In this document: in pieces, positions 1 to 25,318 of the stretch
Layout: each line of letters begins with the position of its first letter
How positions within the stretch are numbered: the first letter of the stretch is position 1
NCBI RefSeq assembly: GCF_009914755.1
Contig: NC_060937.1
Strand: one strand, 5' to 3'
Length of the DNA stretch: 64,000 nt
DNA from: the human T2T-CHM13v2.0 reference genome, Homo sapiens
The notes under the pieces: model-generated
Databases searched by the model: none
Seen by the model: only the letters and a program-made list of their open reading frames with translations
What the model was told of the DNA's origin: nothing
Program-made: the position numbers and the translations under genes

Positions 1-399
1 TGCAACACAAGTGGGATCCTGGAGACCTAACCTGAGAGGAAAGGCTTTTTGCTGGCTGTGGGCCTCCTCTGGTTGCTCAGCATTGGGAGGACAGGTCGAA
101 GCATCGAGTGGATGAGGGCATGGGAATGGGGGCACTGAAGGCAGGACCCCGAGTCTGAGTGGACGTGCTCGCCTCTCCATGCTTGCCCCCCAGCCCTTTG
201 GGCCTCCACATGTGTGTGCTGCTGAGGCTGGTGCAGGGCATGGCCTCCAGGTATATCCTGGGATGCTGCAGACCCCACAGGGGCCACTGCCCACATCAAA
301 ATCCACTCAAGTATCCGTCAGGAAAATGTCCCACAGGTCCAGGTGACACCCCACAGATAGTGGCTGAGTCTGAGGATCGAGTTATGGGGTGAGGGCTAT

Positions 400-1060
<661 letters not shown>

Positions 1061-4000
1061 GAGAAAAGTATGAGATATAATACCTGTACCTATACTGCCC
1101 GACTAGAAGGGCACCAGCGGGGGGGGTCCAGGGTCCTTCTCCTCCAGTCTCAGCCCCAGCCCTCCCTCTGATCCTGACCTGGGATCCTGAGTCATGACAT
1201 CCTCCTTACGGCTCAGGGGAGCAGATGACCTCCACATGGGAACTGGAAACCCACCTTCCCCCACTGGTGCACTCACCCCATCTCACCTGGCCCTTCCAAA
1301 GAGTCTGGAGGGCTCACTGCCCTTGCCCCCAGCAGTCACATGGAACCCTCTCGCTATTTTCCAACAGGTTTGCTGAGCCAAACTTCTCCCCCAGCTTTGC
1401 AGCCCTTCTGGGCCCATGTTCCCACATGGAGTCCCTGGTGACAGTTGCACCTGCTTGCTTCTTAAGGATGTGTCCTCAAAGCCACATGTTTCCCACTGGG
1501 CCCAGCCTTATAGTACCTCAGCTCACTCCATGTGGGCCTCACTAGTTTCCCCTCCCATCATAGGGTTTGCCAGATGGTTCCTGGACACTGCCCTCCCCAC
1601 CTGGCCCAACCCCTCTAGTCCCTGCTCTGCAGTGGCTCCTGAAGAATGGGGCACCCCCATGTGCTGTGACTGCCATCCCAGCCCACCAGCACTCGGGGCC
1701 CAACACGTTTTCTCATCTTGTGCTCAAATTCCCATTCACTCATGTGCTCCTTTCCAGGTGAACGGGACAGACCCCTGGCTGCGAGCACAGCTCATCTCCC
1801 CCAACTGTCACAGATTCATTAACTCTGCCATCCTTGAAGTCCCCTACAGGTCTGAACTCCACTGACCCCAAATCCATCCACACACTTGTCATTTCTGTCT
1901 AGACAGCCACAACCTCTATGAGGTCACCGCTTACACTCATCCATCTCTGGAGGTTGTATGAGTGGCCAGAGCTCCCCAGGTGAAGGCCGGGCCATGGCTG
2001 GGCTGTCAAGGACTGACAGCTTCTGTGGGCTATAGGGTCAAGCCCCAGGTTCTTCCTATCCCCCTGCCTCACAGGCTCTGGGTCACAGCACCTCCAGGCT
2101 GCGTGACAAGACACTTCTGAAGAAGACAGAAACCACACCACCCGGAAGTCCCAGGCCTCTGTATCTTCCCAAGTGCCAAACCCTGCAGAGTGGGGGTGAA
2201 CCTGGTCACTGCAGAGGCCTGACAACTCCAGCTCTTCAAACCAGGGCCAGGCACGGGGCCCCCAACACCAGAGAGCTTGTGACACTTCCACTGGATGGGA
2301 GCCTGGCCAGCCCGGGCCATACACCTCATTCTGCCTCATAGTCACCAGGCTACTCTGCAACGCCAGGGGCCAGGCCAGGCTGGAGGCTGACCCCCACCTC
2401 ACCAACAACAGGGGTTTCATTCTGCCTGGAACTAAACTCTTCAGTCACCTGCGGCTGACCCCTTGCTTTGCCAGATGTGGACATGCACTCTGGGTGGGGG
2501 AAAGGAACTAAGGACCACAGCCAGTACTTGGTAGGCTGTGAAGAGCCTGGAGGCTAAGTTGGGCGGGGCTGTGGAGGGTGCTGGAGACAGTAGTGCAGAA
2601 TCTCCAGCTGAGACAACCAACAGAAGCCGGAAGAGACAGAAGAGCAGAGAACAAGAGGTTGGGGTGGGGAAGGGGAGAGATGGGACCAGACATGGGAGGG
2701 CAAAGTGGAGAGAGAGCGCAATGAGAATGAGGCCAGAAGTGAGGAGGAGAAAACACCACAGTCAGTGACAATCCAAACAGTCCCAGCAGCCACGGGTCAT
2801 TTGCAGCACCCACTCTCCACAGTCAGGCCAGGGCTGTGGCCACACACTCATCAGCCTTGGAGGCCTGGGCAGACAGACACTCCAGGTCACCTGGGTGGCC
2901 ACTCAATGTTGCTGGGGCCTAAAGACCTCTCCAGCTCATTGGAAGGGCCCAACTCACTGCCCTTCCAGATGGGACCCACTCTCCCCTGTGACTCAGGCCA
3001 CACCGTGTCACGTGCACATCAGAGCTCCTAAAGAGCCTAGGGCCCTCACTGAGACATGCTGCCAGCCACCAAGACCTCAAGGTCCTGAGGCTCAGAAAAG
3101 AACCAGTGGAGCATGTCCAGGAGGTGGACTCTGCCCAGAAAAGACACGTGTAATTGACGATTTCCCTGGGTTGTCTTGAGAAATTTACCAAACTGGTATA
3201 AGACATGATCAATTCCTATGTGTCTAAAACCCAATGTCCCCTCCATGAGTGGCTCTCTGAGAACTAAGGAGGAGCACATGTCCCTCAGGGCACCAGGCTC
3301 TGCCCTCCACCCTTACAGTCTGGAGGTCAGCTGAGGTGGTGTGCACATCAGTTCTGACGCTAGAAGGCATCCTCTCCTACAGCACCAGGAACTCTCACTC
3401 TCCAGATAATGGTGGGCTTCCAAGGGCAGGAGCCCTCGAGGATCTGGCCAGAACCACACAAACCCAGAGGCAGCAGGAACCTGAGGCTTAGCTGGCTCCC
3501 AGCCAGGACCCTCCAACCTACATGCCCTGCAGCACCGTGGCCTTCCAAAGCACCCCTTCAGCCTAGCGCAGCCAGAGGCATCCTGGCGCACATCCTGCCC
3601 TGGCAGCACCATGCTTCCTGTCGAAGCAGTGCCTCCACTGGGGTCCACATCAGGAGAGATCAGAACACACCTGCTAGACATCAAGACACGCAGAGCAGGG
3701 TGGGAAGGAGCAGGGCAGGGAGGTGTTGCTCTCCACAGTCTTCCTCTGTGCCAGACCTGGGGCTTGGGCAGGAATCTGACATACAGTTCCCCAGTGTGGT
3801 GTCTCCTTGCTTGCAGGAACACAGTGGCCTGCAGCACTGTGGCCATCCTTACTGCCCACGGGACCACCGGGGAGTAAGCACACACCCTGGACACAACCAG
3901 GGTGAGGAGAATGACCCCAGGAGCCTCACTTCCTGCATCTGGAAATAAGGGTTAGCAGGGATGGGCAGGGATTTCTGTATGGCAGGTGCAGCACGGGCCC

Positions 4001-5689
4001 AGGCAAGTGGCAAGGGGCCTTAGAGGACACAGACTTCCATAGTTGCCTTTCTCTGGCTCCCACCCACTGAGTTTTCTCATGTTTTTTCACCTCAATTGGA
4101 AGAGGCAAAGAGTGGATCATCTCTGGGTACTTGGTCCCGCCACTGCAAGTCATTCTGAGCAGGGCACACCCACCCCAAGGTCTGGCCAAGAGTAAGTGAA
4201 TGTGGGGAAGAAGGGAAAGGCACCTGCTTTTCCCTCTGGCCCGTGAGGACACAATCTTCACAGGTGACAGCCCAGAGGAGCCTTTCTGGCTGGCCTTTGA
4301 AAGTAGGTGTGTTTCCACTCACTCAGAAGGCAGAAGGAGCAACAGGAACACAATGCAATGTAGCAGCTCCTGCCTCTGCTAGGCCAGAACTACATGCAGG
4401 AGCACTAAGTGAGCATCCCAGAGCCCCACGGGAGGAACGGGCCGTGGGAGCAACCAGGCCACCAGGCACTGGCCGGGCACATGCAGCTAGTTGGCTCTGG
4501 AAGCACGAAGGGCACTGTAGGCTCTTTGTGACTCAGGAGGCCCAAGATGGGGTCCTCAGCTTTTCTCCATTCTCCCATGTGATGCTGAGGGTGAGGATTT
4601 GGGGGACCCTATGCTCTGAGACAGCCTCCACACTGCAAAGCCTGGGGCCGTAGAACTGGCTGCAGAGACCGTGGCAGAAGCAGATCCACAGCTCTTCCCT
4701 GAGCTTTCCCAGAGGAAAAGTCACAGGATGCTGTTCTGAAGTTTAACTCTGTCACCCACAGAGCCTTTATTCTGGAGGAAGCCCTCAAGAATTTTGTCAG
4801 TGACAATGCCAAAGTCTCCAAAGCACACTGATGCAGACACTGTGGGCACCAGACTATGTGGCTGATGCCACCTCAGGCAGGGTCGCAGATGTGCATGAGT
4901 CAAGCTGCTCCATGGAGGGTTCCTGACTGGGGATCTACCGCATTCTCACTCTGACCAGTCCAGGGGGATGTTAGCTCCATGGACAGCCACAGCAGGAGCG
5001 ACCCAGGGCCTCCGCCACCTCCATGCATCTGTGAGTAGCATGCTCCCCAGAGAGGGAAGAGGGAGAGGTGAGGCAGAGGGAGAGAAGGCAGGCCAGGCCG
5101 CATGCAGGCAGGTGCCAGGCCCCACCCACCATGAGAAAGACTGCTTGTTCATGCTCTGGAGGAGGTGGGGGAGTAGGGGGGAACAGGAAAAGGAGGCTCC
5201 AGGTCACCATGGTGGTCAGGCATATGCCCCAGGCAACCACTTCATGGGAAAACACAAAGTCACTGCTGATGGTCAAGGAGGCAGATGAGAACGTGGCTCC
5301 CAGAGACATCACAGCTCCCCTACACCCAGAACAAGAGCACCACAGCCTTATCTGTTCCCCTGCCAGGGAGGGGGCTCTGGAGAGTCCAGGCCTCAAGTGT
5401 CTACACGTCAGGGTGCAACGCCCCCTGTCCCCCACCAGGTATGAGAGAACTATGCCCACCTCTTGTTTGGCTTCTGAGTGAGGGGTGGGTGGTGAGTCTC
5501 TATTCCCACCATCCAGCCTGTGCAGTCTCACTCAGGATAGGAAGCAGCAGGCTGAGCAGGGTCAGAGCAGGAGGTGGGAAGAAAAACAGTGGAAACATAC
5601 CTTGTCGTGAGGGGACTGCATTTTTTGTCACATCCCCAAGGAATACTGGTGAAGCCACATTTCAACAAAAACCTGCAAAAAAGCATTCA

Positions 5690-6895
5690 CTAGTCAAATT
5701 ATTCTCAACAATGGTGCCAAGACCATTCAGTGGGGAAAGGACAGTGTCTCCAACAAGAGAGCTGGGAGCACAGAATAGCCACATGCAGAACAGTAAAGCT
5801 GGGCCCTTCCTTCACACCATCACCAAAAACTAAAAGTCAGTAAGTAGCCCAAGGATAAGAACTAAAACCATAAACTCTGAGAAGAAAACATGGGAGAAAG
5901 CTTCATGACACTGGATTTGGCAATGATTAATTAGATATGATGCCCAAAGCACAGGCAACAAAAGAAGAAAAATAGACAAGCAGGCTTCATCAAAATCACT
6001 CTTGAGTGTCAAAAGATACTACTGATAGAGTAGAAAGGCAACCAGCAGATGTGGTGGCTGACGCCTGTCATCCCAGCACTTTGAGAGGCTGCGGCAGGTA
6101 GATCACTTGAGGCCAGGAGTTCAAGATCAGCGTGGCCAACATAGTGAAAACCTGTCTCTACAAAAAACACAAAAATGAACGGGGTGTGGTAGGACACACC
6201 TATTGTCCCAGCTACTTGGGAGTCTGAGGTGGGAGGATCACTTGTTCCCAGTAGTTTGAGCTGAGATTGTGCCACTGCACCCTGGCCTGGGCAACAGAGT
6301 GAGACCCTGTCTCAAGCAAAAAAAGAAAAACAGAAGCAAGTCAAGTGTCCACTGTGAGATGAACGGATACACATAATGTGGTACATCCACACAATGGAAC
6401 ACTATTCCGCCTTAAAAAGGAAGGACATTCTGACATAATCTGTAACACGGATTAATCTTGAGTCCATTACGCTGAGTGAAGCATGCTAGTCACACAAATA
6501 AGTACTGTGTTGCTGTACGTAAATACTCTAGATATGAGATCTAGGAGTCAAATCCATAGAAACAGAAAGCAGAATAGTGGTTGCCAGGGGCTGGGTGGGG
6601 AATAGTTTAATGGTTCGGTTTCTTTTTTGTTGTTAAAAGAGATGGGGTCTCACTATGTTGGCCAGGCTGGACTCAAACTTCTGGCCTTGAGCAATCCTTC
6701 CCTCCTTGGCCTCCCAAAGTGCTAGGATTACAGATGTGAGGTCCCCATGGCCGGGCCGATTCAGTTTCAGTTTTGCAAGGTGAAAAGCATTCTGGAGATG
6801 GGTTGCACAGCAACGTGAATATACTTAGCACTACTGACTGTACACTTGGAAATGGGTAAGACAGTACATTTTATGTTATGTATATTTTAAAATTA
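5690..6895 (+). mobile_element. Old L1M (L1MB-like) ORF2 3' end and 3'UTR fragments interrupted by Alus (6048-6330 +, 6622-6757 -)
   Basis: Motifs tggggaaaggacagt, aaaaccataaactctgagaagaaaacatggg, acaatggaacactattc, tagtggttgccaggggctg. Confidence 0.65.
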
Positions 6896-6921
6896 AATTT
6901 TTTTCTTAAAAAGCAAAAAGA

Positions 6922-8298
6922 GCCAGGTGTGGTGGCTCACACCTATAATCCCAGCACTTTGAGAGGCTGAGGCAGGTGGATTGCCTGAGGTTAGGAGTTC
7001 GAGATCAGCCTGGAGCAACATGGTGAAACCCTATCTCTACTAAAAATGCAAAAATTAGCTGGGCATGGCAGCGTATTGGGGGAAACAGCCCCCAATATTT
7101 CAACATAGGTTCTTTTCTATTTTCCCTAAGTGTTGGACGGTCTGAGAAATAAAGGGAAAGAGTACAAAAGAGAAATTTTAAAGCTGGGTGTCTGGGGGAG
7201 ACATCATATGTCAGCAGGTTCCATGAAGTGCCCCCTCAGCTGCAAAACCAGCAAGTTTTTATTACGGATTTCAAAAGGGGAGGGAGTGTACAAATAGGGT
7301 GTGGGTCACAGAGATCACATGCTTCAAGGGCAATAAAATATCACAAGGCAGATGGGGGCAGAGTGAGATCACAGTACCAGAGTGAAATTAGAATTGCTGA
7401 TGAAGTTTCATGTCCCACTGGGCACGCATTGTCATTGATAACATCTTATCAGGAGACAGGGTTTGAGAGCAGACAACCGGTCTGACTAAAATTTACTAGG
7501 CAGGAATTTCCTAATCCTAATAAGCCTGGGGGCGCTACAGGAGACTGGGGCCTATTTCATCCCTTATCTACAACCATATAAGATAGACACTCCCAGAGTG
7601 GACATTTTAGCGACCTCCGCCTAGGAATGCATTCTCTTTCTCAGGGCTGTTGCTTGCTGAGAAAAAGAATCCAGCGATATTTCTCCTATTTGCTTTTGTA
7701 AGAAGAGAAATATGACTGTTCTGTCCAGCCCCTCAGGCAGTCATGCCCAATGGTTATCTCCCTTGTTCCCTGAAAATCACAGCCATCCTGTTCATTTTAG
7801 ATGCCCAGATTTCATATTGTTCAAACACACATGCTCTACAAACAATTTGTGCAGATAATGCAATCATCGCAGGATCCTGAGGTGACATACATCCTCAGCT
7901 TACGAAGATGATAGGATTAACAGATTAAAGACAGGCATAGGAAATTATAAGAGTATTGATTGGAGAAGTGATAAATGTCCATGATATCTTCACAATTTGT
8001 GTTCAGAGACTGCAGTAAAGACAGGCGTAAGAAATTATAAAAGTATTAATTTGGGGAACTAATAAATGTCCATGAAATCTTCACAATTTATGTTTTTCTG
8101 CCATGTCTTCAGCCGGTCCCTCCGTTCGGGGTCGCTGACTTCCCACAACAGCAGCGGGTGCCTATAATCCCAGCTACTCAGGAGGCTGAGGCAGGAGAAT
8201 TACTTGAACCCAGGTGGAGGTTGCAGTGAGCCAAGATCTCACCATTGCACTCCAGCCTGGGTGACAGAGACTCCATCTAAAATAATAATAATAATAAT
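6922..8298 (+). mobile_element. AluS element split by the MER11 LTR (6922-7073 and 8151-8298, (AAT)n tail)
   Basis: The left arm and linker end at ...attagctgggcatggcagcg; the right arm resumes gcagcgggtgcctataatcccagctac. Confidence 0.88.
7074..8150 (-). mobile_element. MER11 (HERV-K11/HML-8) solo LTR
   Basis: Minus strand starts TGTTGTGGGAAGTCAGCGACCCCGAACGGAGGGACCGGCTGAAG, the MER11 start. About 1.08 kb with an internal tandem duplication at ~7925-8090. A 6-bp TSD GCAGCG lies at 7068-7073 and 8151-8156. Confidence 0.88.
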
Positions 8299-9159
8299 GC
8301 TTTGGTCTGGAAAACAACAGAACCCTCCAGTTCTGTCCTGTAAGCTTGTGTCATGGTCTCCTGCCCACTTCACGGCCAGCACAGCCCACAGTCCACACAC
8401 CCAAGAGCCATCTGGGCGCCATGGTCCCCTCTGAACAGGAGTGATGGTTCCTACCATTTCACCCCTGGAGGAAGCTGTGAAAGGGCATGGAGGCTTCAAA
8501 AAACACAGCACCCCACATATTAGGAGTTATGTACAAGGTGGGAGAAAGAATCCTATGTTATCTACATGCCAGGCTGTGAACAGTGAGGCTGAGACTACCA
8601 GGTCAGCCCTAGGATCCAGTGTCAGAAGCAGCACCTGCTGAATCTCTGAGGTGTGCCGAGAAGACACAGCCAGGACCTGAGAGACAGCCAGCACTCAGGA
8701 AGCGAGCCAGCCCATACCATCCTGAGAGGCTGGAGCCCCTCTGGGCAGACAGGGGACTCTGTCACCCACTACTCGCATCCTCTGAATCAGTTGAAGGCTT
8801 GTGGAGGCTGCACAGACACTCACCATCCAGTGTCATAAAAATGCTAGTGGGACAGGGCTTAATACCCACATGGTGGTAATCACAGGAAACATCAGCAACA
8901 AGGGAGATGGAAACCAAAACACTCTGCAACAATTACATCCACCACGGGCAAGATGAAACAACTCCTATGGACAGGGGATCCTGGGATGAAAAACACCAAT
9001 GACATATAAGCTAGACGGGTGGGGCTAGATGGGTGGGCAGATTTATTTTCATGTTTTTCTAAATGTCATAGCAGGAAAATACCACCAATTCAGAATCAGC
9101 CCTGGGCTGAAAGGCCGCCTCAGATGCTCCTGCACATAGCGGAAGGTGGCTGAACAGTT

Positions 9160-12800
<3,641 letters not shown>

Positions 12801-15139
12801 AATATATATATATATATATAAAATATACTTATTATATTTAATTTATATTATAGATATAATTTCTAAAAGAAAAAAGTAAAAAGACCCAAAATGTTAAAAT
12901 AGGCAAAAAAAAAAAAAAAAAAAAAAAAAAAACAGGCATTAAAAAAAACCACTTGGCAGCTGAATTGTGCATCTGAGAGGATGTGAATCCGCCTCACCTC
13001 CAAGTCCTCCGCAGGATCAGCAACATTTCAGGGTCACTGATCACTGCCGCCACCTGGGCAGCATCTCCTCCCTGCCACTCCCTTTCTCCCCGCCACTCTC
13101 TGGGGCATCTGTTCACATGTGTGAATTATAGGTAGAGGTTCGGCCTGGTTTGCACATGCCAGCAGATTTGGGATGGGCCAGCATCTGCAGGAAGGGACCT
13201 GCATGCAGCCTCCCTGGGAAGCCGATAGGCCAGAGAGATTGAGGAGGGTCAGAGGTGCACAGGCAGCTGCTACTGGAGCAAGAGGTTCTCCTGGGAAGTC
13301 AGCCAGGAGGCCCTGGATTAGGGCCCACTGAGGCCCCAGCACAGCCAGACATGGGAGCCCTTGGTTCACACTCCCCACCTGTGCAGTCCGGCATCAGGCT
13401 CAGCCTGTTTGGACTGGCACAACAGACTCCTTGGCCAGAGCCTCCCCATCAAGACCTGCTCATAACAATGAGGGCAGCTTTACCTGGGAGCTGGTGAACG
13501 TCTGGCTTCCCTGGGCTGGAGAAGAGTGTGGGGGGCACATTGCCTTTAGTGGGCAGGAACCACAACAGGTACCTGTCCACCAAGATGAAGTAGGCACATC
13601 TGAAGTACAGACGTGGAGGGACACAGGGAGTGGCTGGAAAACCAAGCTATTTGTTAGCGTGGGCTCTGGGCACTGCCTGGCCACCAAGCACTGGCAAGTG
13701 CAGGGAAGCCCAGGGCCACGGCCCCACCCCTCCCAGCAGGAGGCATCTCTTCCCTACCTTTTGAGTGATGAGGCTCAAGGCAAAGGAGAATATGTAATAC
13801 TCCAACAGATCTGACAGCAGCCTCAGGGGCAAACACACAGGGTTGCTGGGCTACCCACCAAGTGTCAAGTGCTGGGCCACCCACAGCCTCGCTACCTCAG
13901 GGCCACCAAAGGATACTCAGGACTAGATTCAGGCCAAGGTCCCCAGTGAGGGGGAACTGGACCTTGTTGTGGTACAGGGGACTGTCAGGGAGGATGCAGT
14001 CCTGGATGGACGCCTTCACAGGACTCCTGCAGAGAGATGCAGCGAGGCTGTGGGCAGGTGCTGGAACATAGTGCCTGATACGTGGTGCCCCATGCACAGC
14101 AGCCCTTTGGGAAGGCTGCTGGGGAAAAGACCCACACACAGAACCCACCTGTGGGGACAGTGCCCTGTATCTGAGCAGTGCCTGTGCAAGAGTCTTTGCT
14201 TAGAACTTCTCCTACCATCACATAAAAAGCTGCAGACAGCAAGGGTAGCAACCCATCTCCTTTGTCTCTCCACCCCCAGAGCAAATAACTCCTCAATTTG
14301 TCCTTGGAGGACTAGAGGAGACTGCCCATCACCACAGGGCTGTGCAATGTCCACTGTCCCGAGCACCGCTCCCACCACTGTGGTTTACTTACAGGCAGGA
14401 AGGAGATGGGAAAGTCAAACTTATAGTCTTCAGCTTGAAGCTTATAAACCAACTTCATTATTGGGCCACTGAACATGAAATTGACCAAACAAACAAAAAC
14501 AGGGCAAATAAACTGCAAATTATCTTGCTTTGATTGTTTCTTAAGAAATCAAGAGAGTGATTTAAAGGTGGAATCACCATGAGAAAGCACTCAGCCTCTC
14601 TCAGGTGACAAACCTATCTACCCAGGATTGAGAAACTCCATCACGATGCTGTACTCCACAGGATCCACGTGCCCCTGTAAGCAGCAGAGGTTCCAGCCAA
14701 TGAGGACACCATCTAGGCTGCTGAAAATGCTCTCTACCAGCCATGGGAAGATGGTGTGCAGCTCCTCAAACAGTAGTATGTGGTGAGGCCGTGGGCAGGA
14801 CCAGCACCCACTCCTGCCCTGGCTCCAGTCCTGCACCGCCTGCTGCCCAGCTCTCTCTTGAGGAGGCCACTCCCTGGCTGAGACCCATGGGATCAGCCCT
14901 GAGCCCAAAGGAACCCTGATGTGATGGTGCCAATGAGAAGAGAAGCTTTGGATTCTTCCAGTGTGGTACATGGCATACCAAGCAGTGTTGCTTTAGACTT
15001 GGGCCAGTCAAGTAAGTCAGCCTCTTAACAAAATACATTTTTTGTGTGTGATAGAAGACTAAGAAAATAAAATAAAATAAACGCAATGAAGAAAACAAAC
15101 AAATAAAATAAAAACATAAAATAAACAAGATACATATCT

Positions 15140-15213
15140 TTTGAGACAGGGTCTCAGTCTGCTGCCCTGGCTGGAGTGCAGTGGTGCAATCATGGCTTAC
15201 TGCGGCCTTGACC
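15140..15213 (-). repeat. Truncated Alu right-arm fragment
   Basis: ttgagacagggtctcagtctgctgccctggctggagtgcagtggtgcaatcatggcttactgcggccttgacc, then abrupt non-Alu sequence. Confidence 0.8.
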
Positions 15214-16344
15214 CCAGTGTCTGGGAAGATGCGAGGCCCCAGCCAGGGTTTGAGCCTGCGGGCGGAACATGTAGCCAACCAAGTCACAGAGTGGTCAAGG
15301 CGCTCTCTCGGTCAGGACAAAGGAAAAGCTGGGGGGATGAAATGGAGGATCCAACACTGTGAATCAAGCAGGGGACACATGCCCTGGTTAGAGCCCACGG
15401 GGCAGACCCTGCCAGGCTGGAGCAGAGGAGAGCCCTAGCCAAGGCACTCCACATAGAGGGCTGTGACCCCACAGGCAAGCCTGCTACCCGGGCACATTTG
15501 TCCCCTGAAGGGTCCTCTCAGTTGGTCTTGCTAATGCTGTCAACACCCTGAGCCCAGGGAAATCCATTAAAGTAAAGCTCTGGCCCCAGTGTCCTTGCAG
15601 ATCTTTCTTGGCTATCTTCACAAAAAAGAGTAAAGTAAGCAAATTACAAATCAAAGAAACTCTGAACCCGTGGTCTTTATCTGAGTGAGACTCTGGCGGT
15701 CAGAAGGAAAGTCTCAAGCATTCAGACTGTGGCAGGAACCCAGCTGTGGAATCAACAGCTAAACCCAAGAGCGAGAGGCTTGACCAGTGTTTGCAGAACA
15801 CTTGGGTAGGTAGGAAACAACGTAAGAGCTTCCAAAATCAAAATCAGAAACCCGATTCCAGGACTTGATGACTGCAGTACTTCCTGCCTATCACTGTCTG
15901 GGGCAGCTCAGATGTACGGTCCAGCGTGAACACACCTGGAGGATGAGGTGGCGAGCCCCTGCTGCTGCTGCCACTGCTGGCACCATCAGGGCAGACCAGG
16001 TTTGCTGTCCAGGCCAGGTGTGAACTGGCCGTGGCTACCTTTCTCTAAATGGACCTGTGGTGTGTGTCCTTTCAAAATGTTCCCTTGGCAGTGTGCTCTC
16101 TGCATGGCTTTGCTCCTGGGACACATCCTAAAGGGTCCCCTGCACACACTGCCAAGGGCTTCTGGGGCATGACCTGTCTTTAGTGGTTCTGGGCCTCAGG
16201 ACTCAAGGCTGATGCAGGGTCTCTAGCTGAAGCAGCTTTGATGGAAATGTGTAGACACCATGTTGCTCAAGGAGCATGAGTATAGTAGATGCTGCAGTTA
16301 CAGGGCTCACCCATTCCTAATCATTGTGCTTTGTGTCTCCTCAG

Positions 16345-16502
16345 AGAGAAACACAGGCAGCACTGCCCTCGGGGGAGCACTGGCCCTGGTGGAATGCAGC
16401 GGCCACAAAGGATCCAGCCAGAGGATGCCCCACCTGCCCAGCACTACCAGGCTGCCCAAGGGGGGTGGGCGTGGGAAGAGCCCTACACAGAGAAGCACCT
16501 AG
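16345..16502 (+). pseudogene. Orphan terminal coding exon of MZT2A/MZT2B (MOZART2)
   Basis: ttgtgtctcctcag| acceptor, then RNTGSTALGGALALVECSGHKGSSQRMPHLPSTTRLPKGGGRGKSPTQRST*, close to the MZT2B C-terminus (RNKGSAALGGALALAERSSREGSSQRMPRQPSATRLPKGGGPGKSPTRGST). No upstream MZT2 exons seen. Confidence 0.85.
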
Positions 16503-17363
16503 GATAGGGCAGAGACTTGTCACATCACTGTCCCCAGCAAAGGCTACGTGTTGTCTCCTTCTGTTGATGATAAACCTTTCTGAGATGCAGAGCATCCAGG
16601 TCCGACATTCTCTACCGTTTTTTTTTTAATTATATTAAGGCACAGACTTAGAATGACATTTTTGTGCCATTCCTGGTTGTGCCACAGCTGAACTAACCAG
16701 GTCCCTTCACCATGGGTCAACTTCCTGGACCTGATTTGGGTTCTGAGAAAAGGCATCTGGATTGCCAGGTTTTTTATAAAACATCAGCAAGCTTCACTTG
16801 AAGTGGAAGTGGGAGGTTTTCTACCAAGATCATTGATTGACAGTGCTGAGGGGCAGAGTGGCCGTGTGTGTGCACGGAGGGCAAATGCTGTCTTCCAGGT
16901 TACTGTGGAAGGCTGGGTGTGTTGTAACCTTCTATGGGTCACGAATGCTGTGCAGAACACAGTAACACTCTTTCCCTTCTAAAATGTCCTGACCTTACAC
17001 ATTTGACCCACAGCTTTAGGGATTTCATGGACAAGCCCCATCCACAGACCTCAGATTTAAACACTCCATGTCTAGACTCTTCTTTGTAGCTCGCATCACC
17101 CATCAATAGAAGAGCCCCCAAAGTTGCAAATTCAGTTGAAAACCCTGACTGTGCTTTCCTAGAATTTAGGAAATCTATTTCTCCGTGTCAAGTTACTTCT
17201 GTGGCAGCTCCTTAAGTATGTACCATCCCGCTGCACCCAACTCCATGCTAGCAGGGCAGGCTGGCACCCCACCACTGTCCATGCAGGCTCTGGGGGTCCC
17301 ACCTGCTCCTGCAGGCAAAGCTAGGCAGTACGATACACAGAGGTCTTGGTTTTATACAGAACC

Positions 17364-17369
17364 TTTAAT
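17364..17369 (-). terminator. Poly(A) signal ATTAAA of TUBA3
   Basis: tttaat on the plus strand, about 70 nt after the stop codon. Confidence 0.7.
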
Positions 17370-17436
17370 TGCAAAGAACTTGAAAGCAGCCACGCTGGGG
17401 GTGGCAGTGGAGTGGAGAACCCACCACACCCTCCCC

Positions 17437-25315
<7,879 letters not shown>

Positions 25316-25318
<3 letters not shown>

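Noticed and set aside
1100-5550. Many overlapping 100-190 aa ORFs in GC-rich sequence
   Set aside because: They lie in SMPD4-pseudogene introns; apart from the 2528-2607 exon there is no recognisable protein similarity or splice-supported structure
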